64,000 nt of DNA from Candidatus Enterousia sp. (GTDB taxonomy: Bacteria; Pseudomonadota; Alphaproteobacteria; Rs-D84), in contig JAZSDC010000018.1 in assembly GCA_045530935.1 (NCBI GenBank), positions 1,724 to 65,723 on the forward strand, written 5' to 3'. This document shows, piece after piece, positions 8,293-19,339 of this stretch (the first letter of the stretch is position 1; each line of letters opens with the position of its first letter). The notes beneath the pieces were generated by a model. The model was not told where the DNA came from and made no database searches. It was given only the letters and a program-made list of their open reading frames with translations. The position numbers and the translations under genes are program-made.

Positions 8293-8730
8293 TTATTCAA
8301 TCACTATTAAAGGTTGGTCAAATTCAACCGCTGCGCCATCTGTGACCAAGATTTCTTTGACAACGCCATCTTTGTCAGATTTAATTGGGTTAAATGTTTT
8401 CATTGCTTCGACCAATGCAACTGTATCGCCGGCCTTGACAGATTTACCAACAGACACAAACGCATCTGCCCCTGGTTCTGGTGCCAGGTATACAACCCCA
8501 ACCATTGGTGATTTCAGTGCGTTTCCACATACTGTTTTCACAGGGGGGCAGGTTTGAGTGTTTTTTTCCTCGGTTGCAACAGGGCCAGCCACTGCAACGG
8601 CCTTTTGTTTTGATAAATGAATATGTTTGCGATATAAACCAAACAAGAATTGACGTTCCAAATTCAATTCTGTAATTCCCATATCATCCATGATTTTAGA
8701 CATAGATTCTACGGTTGCACGAAATGACAT
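8293..8730 (-). CDS. accB: acetyl-CoA carboxylase biotin carboxyl carrier protein
   Basis: 145 aa with a C-terminal biotinyl domain (EAMKTFN). Lies immediately upstream of accC. Confidence 0.9.
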   Translation of the reverse strand: MSFRATVESMSKIMDDMGITELNLERQFLFGLYRKHIHLSKQKAVAVAGPVATEEKNTQTCPPVKTVCGNALKSPMVGVVYLAPEPGADAFVSVGKSVKAGDTVALVEAMKTFNPIKSDKDGVVKEILVTDGAAVEFDQPLIVIE

Positions 8731-8797
8731 TTTTTATCCTTTATGTATAATTAATCGTCTCGTATTAACCAAAATTGTACCATATTATGACGTATTG

Positions 8798-9034
8798 TCA
8801 AGGCACAGGGTCGTATCCGCACCCGCCACCCGGTCTGCATCGTGATATACGTTTTATCCCCAACCAGACACCACGAACAACGCCATGCTTTTCAATTGCA
8901 ATGCGTGTGTATTCGCTGCACGTTGGGATAAATCGGCATGCTGCCCTGCCCCCAATTATAGGGGAAATTGCGCATTGATATGTGCGCACCATCGCAATCG
9001 CCACGCGCCGGATAAAGTGTGGGTTTTTATTCAT
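8798..9034 (-). CDS. yidD: membrane protein insertion efficiency factor YidD
   Basis: YQCAISP..CRFIPTCSEY..HG..RISRCRPGGGCGYDPVP. Confidence 0.9.
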   Translation of the reverse strand: MNKNPHFIRRVAIAMVRTYQCAISPIIGGRAACRFIPTCSEYTRIAIEKHGVVRGVWLGIKRISRCRPGGGCGYDPVP

Positions 9035-9371
9035 TTATTTCTTGTTTGCGCAGATAATTCAGTGCCTTTTTCATTGCAACGCGACCACTTGTGCGGTCTG
9101 CTTCTAATATTGCGCGTCGAATAACAAATATATAATCCCATTCTGGGCGCAACATATGTTCGTTAAACCCAATCCAGTCGCGAATAAGTCTTTTTGCGCG
9201 ATTTCTATCGACTGCGTGTTTGAATGTTTTTTTTGTAACGATTATGCCGTATCGTGCATCATCTGGAAATTTTGCGGGTTTTGCACGTGCCAAAAAATAG
9301 GCGCACCTGGCGGTTGGGTCATTTTCCCGCATTGCAAAATCTTCATGTCTTTTAATAGTGTCGCGTATCAT
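9027..9371 (-). CDS. rnpA: ribonuclease P protein component
   Basis: KHAVDRNRAKRLIRDW motif and an 8-nt overlap with yidD. The ORF extends to 9407, but I prefer the ATG at 9371 (MIRDTIKR..). Confidence 0.8.
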   Translation of the reverse strand: MIRDTIKRHEDFAMRENDPTARCAYFLARAKPAKFPDDARYGIIVTKKTFKHAVDRNRAKRLIRDWIGFNEHMLRPEWDYIFVIRRAILEADRTSGRVAMKKALNYLRKQEINE

Positions 9372-9460
9372 AGTGGTCACATAATACCACAATATACGAT
9401 AAATCAAATAAATTTATTGGCCTGTCTTGATTTTTTCCGTATCGTGATTTATAGTTTTGA

Positions 9461-10535
<1,075 letters not shown>

Positions 10536-10537
<2 letters not shown>

Positions 10538-10564
10538 AAAAATCCCCAAAAAGGGGATTTTTTA
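10536..10564. terminator. bidirectional terminator
   Basis: AATCCCC-AAAAA-GGGGATT flanked by A and T runs, between convergent mreB and the T4CP gene. Confidence 0.7.
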
Positions 10565-12802
10565 TGCTAAATCTTTTATTTTTCTTGTTCGTGGATCGTA
10601 CGAACGTGGTGTTCCTTGGTATTTCAAAGCGTAGTGGTGATGTGGTATCAGATATTCTGGTATTGCTGGCGCTTCACCCATCAAGGTTTTATTGTTTGCC
10701 TCGATTTGTATTTTGTTTTTACGAAAGAAATGCCATTCTCCATCTGCTTCAATTGGTCTGTTGTAATGTCCCTGATACAGAATAATCTGCTTTCCCATAG
10801 GCAGTGTCATTAAATCCATTGGTGAAAATAAGTCTTCTTCTTTTGTAACTTCTGTTTCTTTCCCATCTGGTCCTTTTTCTTTCTTTTTAGTTTTTTTCTT
10901 GCCAATCATATTGGTAAAGCGTTCTGCCGTTGCGGGATCATTTACGCGCAATACAATTTTTGCAGCTGTATTTGCGATGATTGTATCGGCTGCTTTATCG
11001 CCATATTTTTCTGAAATCTGGCTGATGTCCTGACCGACAATCAGGTATGATACCTTTTGACCACGTCCAACCGCGGGTCCTTGGATAATAGCCTGCAGCT
11101 TGTTCATTGTCGGCATTTCGTCCAGTACGAATAATGTTGGGTATGGACCTAATTGTTGCCCATGATTTACGGTGTCTGGTTTATTTGCAATCAAGAAGTT
11201 AGACAGTAATTCAATAAACATAGATGTAATCGACGTAAATGCTGGGGCATCTGCCACATTCATTGACAGATATACGGTTACTGGTTTTACTTTGCCATCG
11301 CGCGGGTCTTTCATTCCGCGCAAATCACCAAAGTGTAAATCGGAATGACGTGTATGTTTGTTTACAGCAGGATGTCTAAATATATCCAAACCTGCATTCA
11401 TTGTTGATATAACGGACCCACGTTCCTTGTCTGGGGTGTTGGCCAGGTTAATCAGCGCTGATATTGCATCATTATCGTACGCATATAATTGCGCTTCGGC
11501 AACTGCCTCGTTCAAGAAATCTTTCATTGGGTCTGCCATCATAACCATCTGGTCGCCCTGACGTTTGCGTTCGTCCAATTCTTTTCCGATTTTTATCTGT
11601 CCTTCAACATACCATGCCAAGAACATCGGTATTGAAGCTTCACTGCCATGCCATTCCTGTGGCAAACCGCGCCACGTTCCAACATGAACATAGTTATTTA
11701 TATCTAATTTGCCCTGTTGTAGCAAAGCCATAGCTGCATACGCATTTGGATCAGCAGTCATTGTTGTATAATAATCCTGTAATACAGTTGCGTCCTGGGC
11801 GTCAAATGTTCCATTTTTTAATCTGGTATAGAAATAATCATTTGCTTTAGCGCGTTCTACTTTGGAAACAATAAAGTTTATAAAACCTGTTAATGCAGCG
11901 CGTGCAGTATTAGACCAGTGTGGGTCTTTTGCATTTTCTTCAACGATTGAATTTACGATAACTTTTATGTATGTGCTTTTTTCTTCCGCATTATCAGGCA
12001 GGTTTTCTGGTGACAATGGATTCCATGCAGGATGATAGATTCCATTTTCTGGTTCATCACGTGCGGCCCAGTTCAAAATAAACACAGGTCCAATAGTTGC
12101 GCGATATGCAGATGTATTAAACTTTAATTCTGGTTTTGGGTCGTTAATAATCATGGAAACATTATCGCATCCCAAAATAGTTGGGATAACGACCCCTTGT
12201 GTTTTACCTGTGCCTGCAGGCGCCAATAGCAATGCGGACAGGCATGTATCCATTTTCAAGGCTTTGCCTTTAAAATACCCCAGAACCATCATAAAGCCAC
12301 CAAATAAACCATTTGGATTTTTATGGTCATCGCCCATCTTTTTTATATCTGCAACATCTGCCTTGCGTGCAGTTTTTTCTTCATATTTATCCTTGCTATG
12401 CGGATTGAACTCATCACTCATCGTGCTATCTGCAATAAAGAAATACCCCAGCAATGGCAACAGTGGTGTTATACATGCGTAATCGGGGTGTATCAAAGAA
12501 CGTGTAATCCATGCGGGAATCTGGGCCAACACAGACAATCCAGCCGAAGACATCATGTTCTGCAGATAAATAGTTATCCAATATTGTGTCGCAGGCGACC
12601 AACCGTATCGCCATATGTGTTCGATTGGAAACGCGGCTGCAAACATCAGGGCAGTAATAACCCACGTTATAACAGACCAGCGTATAGACCAAAACTCACG
12701 CGCCAAAGGTGCGCGTTCATGTTCCTTATAGGCGCTAGTTTTGAAAATATTAACGCCCTTACCTTTTCCCGAAGCGGATAATAGATTGAATTTTATTGCC
12801 AT
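10562..12802 (-). CDS. virD4: type IV secretion coupling protein, TraG/VirD4 family (746 aa)
   Basis: N-terminal TM segments, Walker A LLAPAGTGKTQGVVIPT, IINDPKPEL, NPL, and Walker B-like TLFVLDEMPTM followed by LIVGQDISQ. Confidence 0.75.
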   Translation of the reverse strand: MAIKFNLLSASGKGKGVNIFKTSAYKEHERAPLAREFWSIRWSVITWVITALMFAAAFPIEHIWRYGWSPATQYWITIYLQNMMSSAGLSVLAQIPAWITRSLIHPDYACITPLLPLLGYFFIADSTMSDEFNPHSKDKYEEKTARKADVADIKKMGDDHKNPNGLFGGFMMVLGYFKGKALKMDTCLSALLLAPAGTGKTQGVVIPTILGCDNVSMIINDPKPELKFNTSAYRATIGPVFILNWAARDEPENGIYHPAWNPLSPENLPDNAEEKSTYIKVIVNSIVEENAKDPHWSNTARAALTGFINFIVSKVERAKANDYFYTRLKNGTFDAQDATVLQDYYTTMTADPNAYAAMALLQQGKLDINNYVHVGTWRGLPQEWHGSEASIPMFLAWYVEGQIKIGKELDERKRQGDQMVMMADPMKDFLNEAVAEAQLYAYDNDAISALINLANTPDKERGSVISTMNAGLDIFRHPAVNKHTRHSDLHFGDLRGMKDPRDGKVKPVTVYLSMNVADAPAFTSITSMFIELLSNFLIANKPDTVNHGQQLGPYPTLFVLDEMPTMNKLQAIIQGPAVGRGQKVSYLIVGQDISQISEKYGDKAADTIIANTAAKIVLRVNDPATAERFTNMIGKKKTKKKEKGPDGKETEVTKEEDLFSPMDLMTLPMGKQIILYQGHYNRPIEADGEWHFFRKNKIQIEANNKTLMGEAPAIPEYLIPHHHYALKYQGTPRSYDPRTRKIKDLA

Positions 12803-12857
12803 AGTGATATGATTATATCAGAAAAAAGAACATTTATAAATCAGGAAATATTATTTT

Positions 12858-13514
12858 ATGAAAAATATACCACGAATTTTTATTGGAGACAACATTCAAA
12901 CAGGTGCTAAATTTGAATTAGCACGTGATACCATGCATTATTTAATCAAGGTAATGCGCACGCGCAGCTGTTTGGTATTTGGTGACGGAAACGAATATTT
13001 GGCAAGCGTATCAGATGATAATCGTTATTTGGTTGTTGGGGACAAAACATCTCACGTTGACCCGTCAATTGATATTACATTATTGTTTGCACCGATTAAG
13101 CGTACAGATGATTTATTAAACATGGCAACACAAATGGGTGTTGGTGTTTTTCAGCCTGTTATAACAGCCCGAACAAATGCGCAACATATAAATTGGGACA
13201 GAATGAAAAAAATAGTAACAGAAGCAGCGGAGCAGTCTAATCGCAACAGTGTTCCAAAAATTTTGACGCCGATAAAATTTTGTGATGTAAATTTATCGGA
13301 TGTTGCATTCGCGGATGAACGTTTTGCATATCAGAACAAGGAACAATGCGACGTTCGTGGTGTCAAGACTGTTTTTGTTGGGCCCGAAGGTGGCTTTTCT
13401 GACGATGAATTTGCAGCGTTTGATGCATCTGGTGCACATGGTTTTTCTTTGGGAAAAACAATACTGCGCGCAGAATTAGCAGCGGCGATTGCTGTATCCA
13501 AGGTGGTTAAATAA
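12858..13514 (+). CDS. rsmE: 16S rRNA (uracil1498-N3)-methyltransferase RsmE
   Basis: IPRIFI N-terminus and C-terminal VGPEGGFSDDE..LGKTILRAE. Confidence 0.8.
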   Translation: MKNIPRIFIGDNIQTGAKFELARDTMHYLIKVMRTRSCLVFGDGNEYLASVSDDNRYLVVGDKTSHVDPSIDITLLFAPIKRTDDLLNMATQMGVGVFQPVITARTNAQHINWDRMKKIVTEAAEQSNRNSVPKILTPIKFCDVNLSDVAFADERFAYQNKEQCDVRGVKTVFVGPEGGFSDDEFAAFDASGAHGFSLGKTILRAELAAAIAVSKVVK

Positions 13515-13515
13515 C

Positions 13516-14214
13516 ATGTCTGTTAGGATTGCAAAATTTATTTCTAATTCTGGATATGCTTCACGTCGTGCTGCCGAATCGTTAATTGTTACAGGGCGTG
13601 TGGCTGTAAATGGTGTAACAATAACAACGCCTGTTTTTTTTGTATCTGAATCAGATACGGTTGAAATAGATGGTAAAAAAATATCTGAACGTGCACAGAC
13701 TGATTTATATATGTTTCATAAACCTATAAACACCATGACGACGTTGCGTGATCCGCATGGCAGAAAGACAATTTATGATTGCCTGGCATCAGAATACAAG
13801 AATCTAAAATATGTTGGTCGTCTAGATTATAAAACAACAGGGTTGTTATTATTAACAAATGATGGTGAATTGGCGCGTAAATTAACGTTGCCTTCGTCGA
13901 AAATACCACGTACATATATTGCAACGGTCCAGGGAACAGATTTTTCAAAACTGGACCTGGCGCGTCGTGGAATTACGGTTGATGGAATTCATTATGCCCC
14001 AATGCAAATAGATGTCATGCCGAACAATAATTTGCGTGTTACAATATGCGAAGGCAAGAAGAACGAAGTGCGCATTGTTTTGCGTTCATGTGGCTGTCCG
14101 GTCAGAAAATTACATCGAATATCTTTTGCAAATATAGGGCTAGGAAAACTGCCTGTTGGAAAAATTAATAAAATTTCACAGAAAACAATTGACGAATTGC
14201 TAAAAACTCTCTAA
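13516..14214 (+). CDS. rRNA pseudouridine synthase, RsuA/RluB family, with S4 domain
   Basis: S4-like RIAKFISNSGYASRRAAE and the catalytic GRLDYKTTGLLLLTNDGEL. AAGGTGG RBS before the ATG at 13516. Confidence 0.8.
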   Translation: MSVRIAKFISNSGYASRRAAESLIVTGRVAVNGVTITTPVFFVSESDTVEIDGKKISERAQTDLYMFHKPINTMTTLRDPHGRKTIYDCLASEYKNLKYVGRLDYKTTGLLLLTNDGELARKLTLPSSKIPRTYIATVQGTDFSKLDLARRGITVDGIHYAPMQIDVMPNNNLRVTICEGKKNEVRIVLRSCGCPVRKLHRISFANIGLGKLPVGKINKISQKTIDELLKTL

Positions 14215-14244
14215 TATTCCAATATCAAAGGAAGGGAGTTTTAA

Positions 14245-15273
14245 ATGAAAAAGAAGTCCAATAAGTTTAATCCTAATTCAAAAAAATCTGTAAAAGTGCG
14301 CCCCATAGCGTCTAAACCAACGATTAATACCACTTCTCAAAAGAAGTGTGCAAATCCATGGTCGATTTCTATTTATGTTTATTGGTTTATAATTCTGTTC
14401 TTTATTGCTGCAACATTTTATATCTTGGGACGAACACATAACGGTATAACGAATCAGCCTGCCCCACAGATAACAGAAGAAGCCTTGATGCAGGCGGCAG
14501 ATTATTACGAATCTGGCAAAGAAAAATTGGTTGCAGGTAATATAGAAGATGCAATTGCAGATTTGTCGACTGCAATAGATGCAGGCGCAGCATCTGTCGA
14601 TACATATATATTGCGTGGCGAAGCGCAAATGCAATCTGGCAATTATCGTGAAGCGATGGAAGATTTTAATTTAGCATTATCCAAAGACCCATCAAACGCG
14701 ACTGCGTATTATGATCGTGCATTGTTAAGTATGCGTCTAGAAGATTACCAGGCTGCATTGGCTGATATAAATAATGCATTGGCAGCAAACGCAAAAAGAC
14801 CAAGTCCTGTTTTGCAAATGCGCGATTTGTATGCAAAACGTGGTCAACTAAATTTGTGGTTAAAGAATTGGGAAGGTGCGATTGCTGACTACACAAATTC
14901 GTTGGCACGTCCCGAAGGCATTGTTTCACCAACAGTGTATGCAGAACGTGCAGAAGCATACATTGCAATTGGAAATTATGTCGCTGCTATCGAAGATTTT
15001 TCATCTGCAATTCGTGTAATCTCTGAACAAATTCAGGGTGCGCCGACAATGGAAGAACGTGAAGCGTTGTCAAATAACGCGATGAGTTATTTTGAAAAAT
15101 CTGCTGCGTTGAATTTAAAAATAGGTAATATAGAAGCCGCGCGTACAGATTTAGAATCTTCGTACACCATTGCGATTGCCTTGAATGATACAGAAACAGC
15201 AGAAAGATTGCAGGGTTTGATACAAGAACTGATAAAACAAAATCCAGTAACGGATATTGTTGCACCAGAATAA
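14245..15273 (+). CDS. membrane-anchored tetratricopeptide-repeat protein
   Basis: N-terminal basic region plus one TM (ISIYVYWFIILFFIAATFYIL), followed by repeated TPR-like A..Y..A...G.Y..A..D segments. Confidence 0.65.
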   Translation: MKKKSNKFNPNSKKSVKVRPIASKPTINTTSQKKCANPWSISIYVYWFIILFFIAATFYILGRTHNGITNQPAPQITEEALMQAADYYESGKEKLVAGNIEDAIADLSTAIDAGAASVDTYILRGEAQMQSGNYREAMEDFNLALSKDPSNATAYYDRALLSMRLEDYQAALADINNALAANAKRPSPVLQMRDLYAKRGQLNLWLKNWEGAIADYTNSLARPEGIVSPTVYAERAEAYIAIGNYVAAIEDFSSAIRVISEQIQGAPTMEEREALSNNAMSYFEKSAALNLKIGNIEAARTDLESSYTIAIALNDTETAERLQGLIQELIKQNPVTDIVAPE

Positions 15274-15301
15274 AAAAATCCCCATTTGGGGATTTTTTTT
15301 A
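15272..15301. terminator. bidirectional terminator
   Basis: AATCCCC-ATTT-GGGGATT flanked by A7 and T8. Confidence 0.7.
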
Positions 15302-15311
15302 GATTAATTTT

Positions 15312-16175
15312 TTAAATTCTTAATTTGTTTTGCATTTCTATTAGTATTGGCGTATCGATTTTCATATCTTTTGCCCGCAGAATTAAGCCGCGTAAAGCAT
15401 AAACGCCTTCGACTGTACCTGTTAATGGTTCATTACGTGCAATGGCTAACCCGCCCGAGAAATTACGGCTGGTTTCGCTGGTGGCAGATAAGAACAAGTC
15501 GCCTATTCCGCACAGGTCTAAAAACGTTTTCATTTGTGCGCCCATTGCCAAACCAATTGTCATAACTTCGTTCCATGCACGTGTAAATATCATTGCGCGT
15601 TCGTTTTCGCCAGATGCTGCAATTTTGTTGTATCCGCAAATTAAAGATATTGCATTTTTGCCGACACCGCATACTTCCGTGCCAATCACGTCCGAGCTAA
15701 GATTTAAATATAATTTTTTTAGTGCTTCCTGACCTGCGTTTAATGCAGCATTCGTTCCCGCAAGTGTTGAACCTGTTGGAAATCCGTATGCAACTTCTGT
15801 TGCGAATTGTGGACCAGATAAAACCCCAAATTCGTAACAATCTGGCATTTCATGACGCAAAATCTCTGACATAAATTGTCCTGTTTCGCGTTCTGCACCC
15901 TTGGTACAGATTATAATTGGTTGGTTTTCATGTATGTTTTTGAATTTTTTTAATGTTTCTCTGAAAAAAACAGCTGGTGTAACAATTAACCAAACGTCTG
16001 TATTTTTTAATTCGCTTATCTCTGATGTGATATGTATGTTATCAGGCATTGTAATACCTTCAAAAACCTTGTGTTCACCATCATAAGACCATAAAGTAAC
16101 ATCTGAATTTCCATGTGCGGCCACAATAGATAATGCTGTACCCCACGCGCCAGCACCGATTACGCCTACTTTCAT
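15312..16175 (-). CDS. gpsA: NAD(P)H-dependent glycerol-3-phosphate dehydrogenase (short form, 287 aa)
   Basis: MKVGVIGAGAWGTALS Rossmann N-terminus, KG.E segment and GVGKNAISL. Confidence 0.85.
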   Translation of the reverse strand: MKVGVIGAGAWGTALSIVAAHGNSDVTLWSYDGEHKVFEGITMPDNIHITSEISELKNTDVWLIVTPAVFFRETLKKFKNIHENQPIIICTKGAERETGQFMSEILRHEMPDCYEFGVLSGPQFATEVAYGFPTGSTLAGTNAALNAGQEALKKLYLNLSSDVIGTEVCGVGKNAISLICGYNKIAASGENERAMIFTRAWNEVMTIGLAMGAQMKTFLDLCGIGDLFLSATSETSRNFSGGLAIARNEPLTGTVEGVYALRGLILRAKDMKIDTPILIEMQNKLRI

Positions 16176-17788
16176 TTTAGTTTCCTTATTTTTCTTTCGA
16201 TATTTGGGACGATTACCATTCCGTCATCTGACAAATCAATTGCGTGTTCATATGCGCTTATTGCCTTGTCTTTTTCATTAATGGTGCAGTACAAATCCCC
16301 CAGTTGTTCAAATAATGCAGAACATGTTGTAGATACTTCCCCGACACGTTCTAATAAATCTAGTGCTGCGATATTGTCTTCGCGTACGGCGACAACGCGA
16401 CCTAGTGCATCCCATGCCAATATGTCAGATGGATTTTTTGTAACCAATGACATTGCATAGTCGTATGCGTTATCTAATTCTCGGTTTTGTGCCGCCCATA
16501 ATTTTGCTTGTAACAGCATGATATCCGAATCCATCAACAGCTGTTCCGCAGCTGCATGCAGACTTTCTTGTGATTTTTTAAAGTCGCCAAATACAAAATA
16601 AATATTTGCCTTGCTTTTCAGAATAAACGCCCTGCCCTCTTCGGTTAAATTTTCATCTTTTAATGCGCGGTTTACGATGCGTAATGCTGCGTGTTTATTA
16701 CCTGTTTTGATGTGCAGTGCGACTGTTTTGTTGATTGCAGGAATGAACAATGGGTGTTCTTTCAACAAATCTTCCAGTATTTCTATGTTGTTATTCTTGT
16801 CTGCGATTTTAAACATTGCGAACGGATAGAATGGGCTGTCTTTTTTTACTTTCAAGAAATGTTTTTTGTAATCGCCAATATTGTTATGAAAAAACAGTCC
16901 CAGATAGTAGTCTAATGCGTTGTTTGTTGCGGCTAATTTTGGGGCGGTTATATGAACAAAACGCAACAACAACAAACCCAAATCAGAATACATCATGGCT
17001 TTTGTATGTGAAACTGTTTGCATTATACTAAATGCCATTTGATTGGTGTATCCACTGTACAGTGTCCATTCTGGGATATTGTCATTTCCTTGCATAAATG
17101 CCCCACCTGGGGTGTTTGTAAACTTTTGTTTCAGTTGTTCTGCCTTGTCGGGCATTTCGTGATATGTATAAAATGACATTAAGTATAAATAGTCATTTAT
17201 ATTTACAAATGTTATATCGACATCATCAAAATATTTAGCCGCTTGTTCTGTGTCGCCCTGCTCTGCATAAATTTGACCGCGAACAAAGTTTTTCCATGCA
17301 TTGTTTGTTGGTAAATCGTCAATGAATTTAAATGTATTTGTTCGCCAATCATTTGCGATTGCAGACCATATACGTAACGGCGCAGATAATGCAAAATCGT
17401 CTTTTTTGTGACGGTTATGTAATGTTTTCCAATCATTATTCTTGACTAAATATGCGTCGTACATCAAATGCGCAGGCATGCTTTTTTCGTTTTTTAACAG
17501 ATTTACATCAATGGGCATACGTCCATTCAAGAAATCTGACAGAAAAATAGTATTCTGTACAATTGGAATATTTTCGTCTGTCAAATGATGTGCAAAACGA
17601 TTTGCGTTGTCAAAATCGTTTATGTATATGGCGTGTTGTGCTGCCAAAAAGGCACCAAACCGACTGTCTGGGAAAGTATAAGTTTCTTTGTTGGTGTTTT
17701 TGTTAGCATTATTGTATAGAAACGCGCATGTCACACAAATTGCGACCAATGATGCGCCAAGTGTAAAAAAACGTTCGATTTTTCTCAT
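16172..17788 (-). CDS. secreted or membrane-anchored TPR-like repeat protein (538 aa)
   Basis: N-terminal hydrophobic signal/anchor. C-terminal TPR-like repeats (..AWDALGRV.., FEQLGDLY..KDKAISAYEHAI). ATGA overlap with the gpsA start. Confidence 0.6.
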   Translation of the reverse strand: MRKIERFFTLGASLVAICVTCAFLYNNANKNTNKETYTFPDSRFGAFLAAQHAIYINDFDNANRFAHHLTDENIPIVQNTIFLSDFLNGRMPIDVNLLKNEKSMPAHLMYDAYLVKNNDWKTLHNRHKKDDFALSAPLRIWSAIANDWRTNTFKFIDDLPTNNAWKNFVRGQIYAEQGDTEQAAKYFDDVDITFVNINDYLYLMSFYTYHEMPDKAEQLKQKFTNTPGGAFMQGNDNIPEWTLYSGYTNQMAFSIMQTVSHTKAMMYSDLGLLLLRFVHITAPKLAATNNALDYYLGLFFHNNIGDYKKHFLKVKKDSPFYPFAMFKIADKNNNIEILEDLLKEHPLFIPAINKTVALHIKTGNKHAALRIVNRALKDENLTEEGRAFILKSKANIYFVFGDFKKSQESLHAAAEQLLMDSDIMLLQAKLWAAQNRELDNAYDYAMSLVTKNPSDILAWDALGRVVAVREDNIAALDLLERVGEVSTTCSALFEQLGDLYCTINEKDKAISAYEHAIDLSDDGMVIVPNIERKIRKLK

Positions 17789-17809
17789 AGCTATGTTAGA
17801 ATAGCGCTT

Positions 17810-18370
17810 ATGATGAATAATGTCAAATTCGAACAGTATGCAAATTTGTTGCGTGAATGGTCCGGGCGTATGAATTTAGTTGCCCCCAGCACGCTGGATG
17901 ATATGTGGAATCGGCATTTTGCTGATTCGGCGCAGTTGGCTGATGTTTTGCCGATAGGTGTTTCGGTTGTTGATTTGGGCAGTGGTGCGGGTTTTCCAGG
18001 GGTTGTTCTTGCTATTTTGGGGTGGAATGTAACTTGTATTGAATCTATTGGCAAAAAAGTTGCTTTTTTGACCGCTGTTAAACAGCAGTTGGGGTTAGAA
18101 AATCTGACAATTTACCATGGTCGGGTTGAAGATTTTGTCCGGTGTTTACCGGCAAAAAACGAAAAAATTGTATTTACAGCTCGTGCGTTTGCGTCCATGG
18201 AAAAGATAATGGATTATGTTGCGCGCACAAAATGCCGGCTTTTTTTATTAAAAGGCCGGGAAGTAGAAAGTGAAATCGCACTTGCAAAACGTCGTTATAA
18301 TTTTGAATATGAATTAAAACCGTCCAGGACGGGCGATGGTTTTATTGTTTTGGTTAGTTTTGACCGGTAA
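17810..18370 (+). CDS. rsmG: 16S rRNA (guanine527-N7)-methyltransferase RsmG/GidB
   Basis: VVDLGSGAGFPGVVLAI SAM motif. Sits upstream of parAB, the classical gidB-parA-parB order. Confidence 0.9.
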   Translation: MMNNVKFEQYANLLREWSGRMNLVAPSTLDDMWNRHFADSAQLADVLPIGVSVVDLGSGAGFPGVVLAILGWNVTCIESIGKKVAFLTAVKQQLGLENLTIYHGRVEDFVRCLPAKNEKIVFTARAFASMEKIMDYVARTKCRLFLLKGREVESEIALAKRRYNFEYELKPSRTGDGFIVLVSFDR

Positions 18371-18383
18371 TTTCATATGAAAT
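18370..18383. promoter_or_regulatory. parS-like perfect 14-bp palindrome
   Basis: ATTTCATATGAAAT. Compare the parS core TTTCACGTGAAA. Confidence 0.4.
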
Positions 18384-18430
18384 ACAGTATAATATGTTGA
18401 AAATACTATGTTTTTGGCTTGGTGTGATTT

Positions 18431-18446
18431 TATTTCATGTGAAATA
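18431..18446. promoter_or_regulatory. parS-like 16-bp near-palindrome
   Basis: TATTTCATGTGAAATA compared with consensus TGTTTCACGTGAAACA. Lies 110 nt upstream of parA. Confidence 0.5.
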
Positions 18447-18556
18447 GTGTATAGTTTGTTGTTTTTAGATGTTTTTTTAGTGTGTTTGATATAATTGCTT
18501 GACCGAATCGCTCGGTTTTTATAATCTGGAATCTGTAAAGGTATGGAAAGGGAAAA

Positions 18557-19339
18557 ATGACACATATTATTGCTTTTGCGAATCAAAAAGGTGGCGTGGG
18601 CAAGACGACCACTGCGATTAATATTGGTGCTTCTTTGGCGACAATAGGTCAGCGTGTTTTGTTGATAGATTTGGATCAACAGGGTAATGCGGGGACTGGT
18701 TTGGGTTTTGAGCGCGGTGCACATGCCCAAAATGTTTATGATGTTATTGTTGGAACATCGTCTGCGGCGGAAAATATTTTAAGTACCGCCGTGCCTGGTT
18801 TGCACTTAATGCCGTCTTCGCAATCTTTGGCGGGTGCCGATATTGATTTGCTGGATTTAGAAAATCGTGAGTTCAGATTACGAGAGGCCTTGGCGCCAAT
18901 CATGGAATATTACGATTTTATTTTGTTGGATTGTCCGCCTGCCTTGGGTTTTTTGACAATTAATGCCTTGGCAGCGTCTACATCTGTTGTTATTCCGTTG
19001 CAATGTGAATTTTTTGCCCTGGAAGGGGTGCAACAGTTAACCGATACAATATCGGTTGTTCGTGAAAAATGGAATCCGGAATTAGAGATTTTAGGTGTGT
19101 TGCTGACGATGTATGATCGTAGATACGGTTTGACGCGTGCAGTTGACGATGATGTGCGCAAGACGTTTGGTGACGGTGTGTTTAAAACAGTCGTCCCACG
19201 GAATATTCGTGTGTCCGAAGCGCCCAGTCACGGAAAACCTGCGTTGTTTTATGATTTTAATTCAACTGGTGCCCAGGCGTATTTGCGTGTTGCAACCGAA
19301 GTTGTTCAAAGAACCATAGGAGAAATAGATGGCGAATAA
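18557..19339 (+). CDS. parA: chromosome partitioning ATPase ParA
   Basis: Deviant Walker A NQKGGVGKTTTAINIG, 260 aa. Confidence 0.95.
   Translation: MTHIIAFANQKGGVGKTTTAINIGASLATIGQRVLLIDLDQQGNAGTGLGFERGAHAQNVYDVIVGTSSAAENILSTAVPGLHLMPSSQSLAGADIDLLDLENREFRLREALAPIMEYYDFILLDCPPALGFLTINALAASTSVVIPLQCEFFALEGVQQLTDTISVVREKWNPELEILGVLLTMYDRRYGLTRAVDDDVRKTFGDGVFKTVVPRNIRVSEAPSHGKPALFYDFNSTGAQAYLRVATEVVQRTIGEIDGE

Noticed and set aside
17791-18054. 87-aa minus-strand ORF at the rsmG start
   Set aside because: It is antisense to rsmG, which has a clear SAM-binding motif, and shows no independent signals.
17789-18556. Replication origin near rsmG/parAB (DnaA-box cluster)
   Set aside because: Scanning by eye, I found no cluster of TTATCCACA-like boxes or AT-rich 13-mers in these spacers beyond the parS-like palindromes. 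The alphaproteobacterial oriC is usually near hemE rather than parAB.
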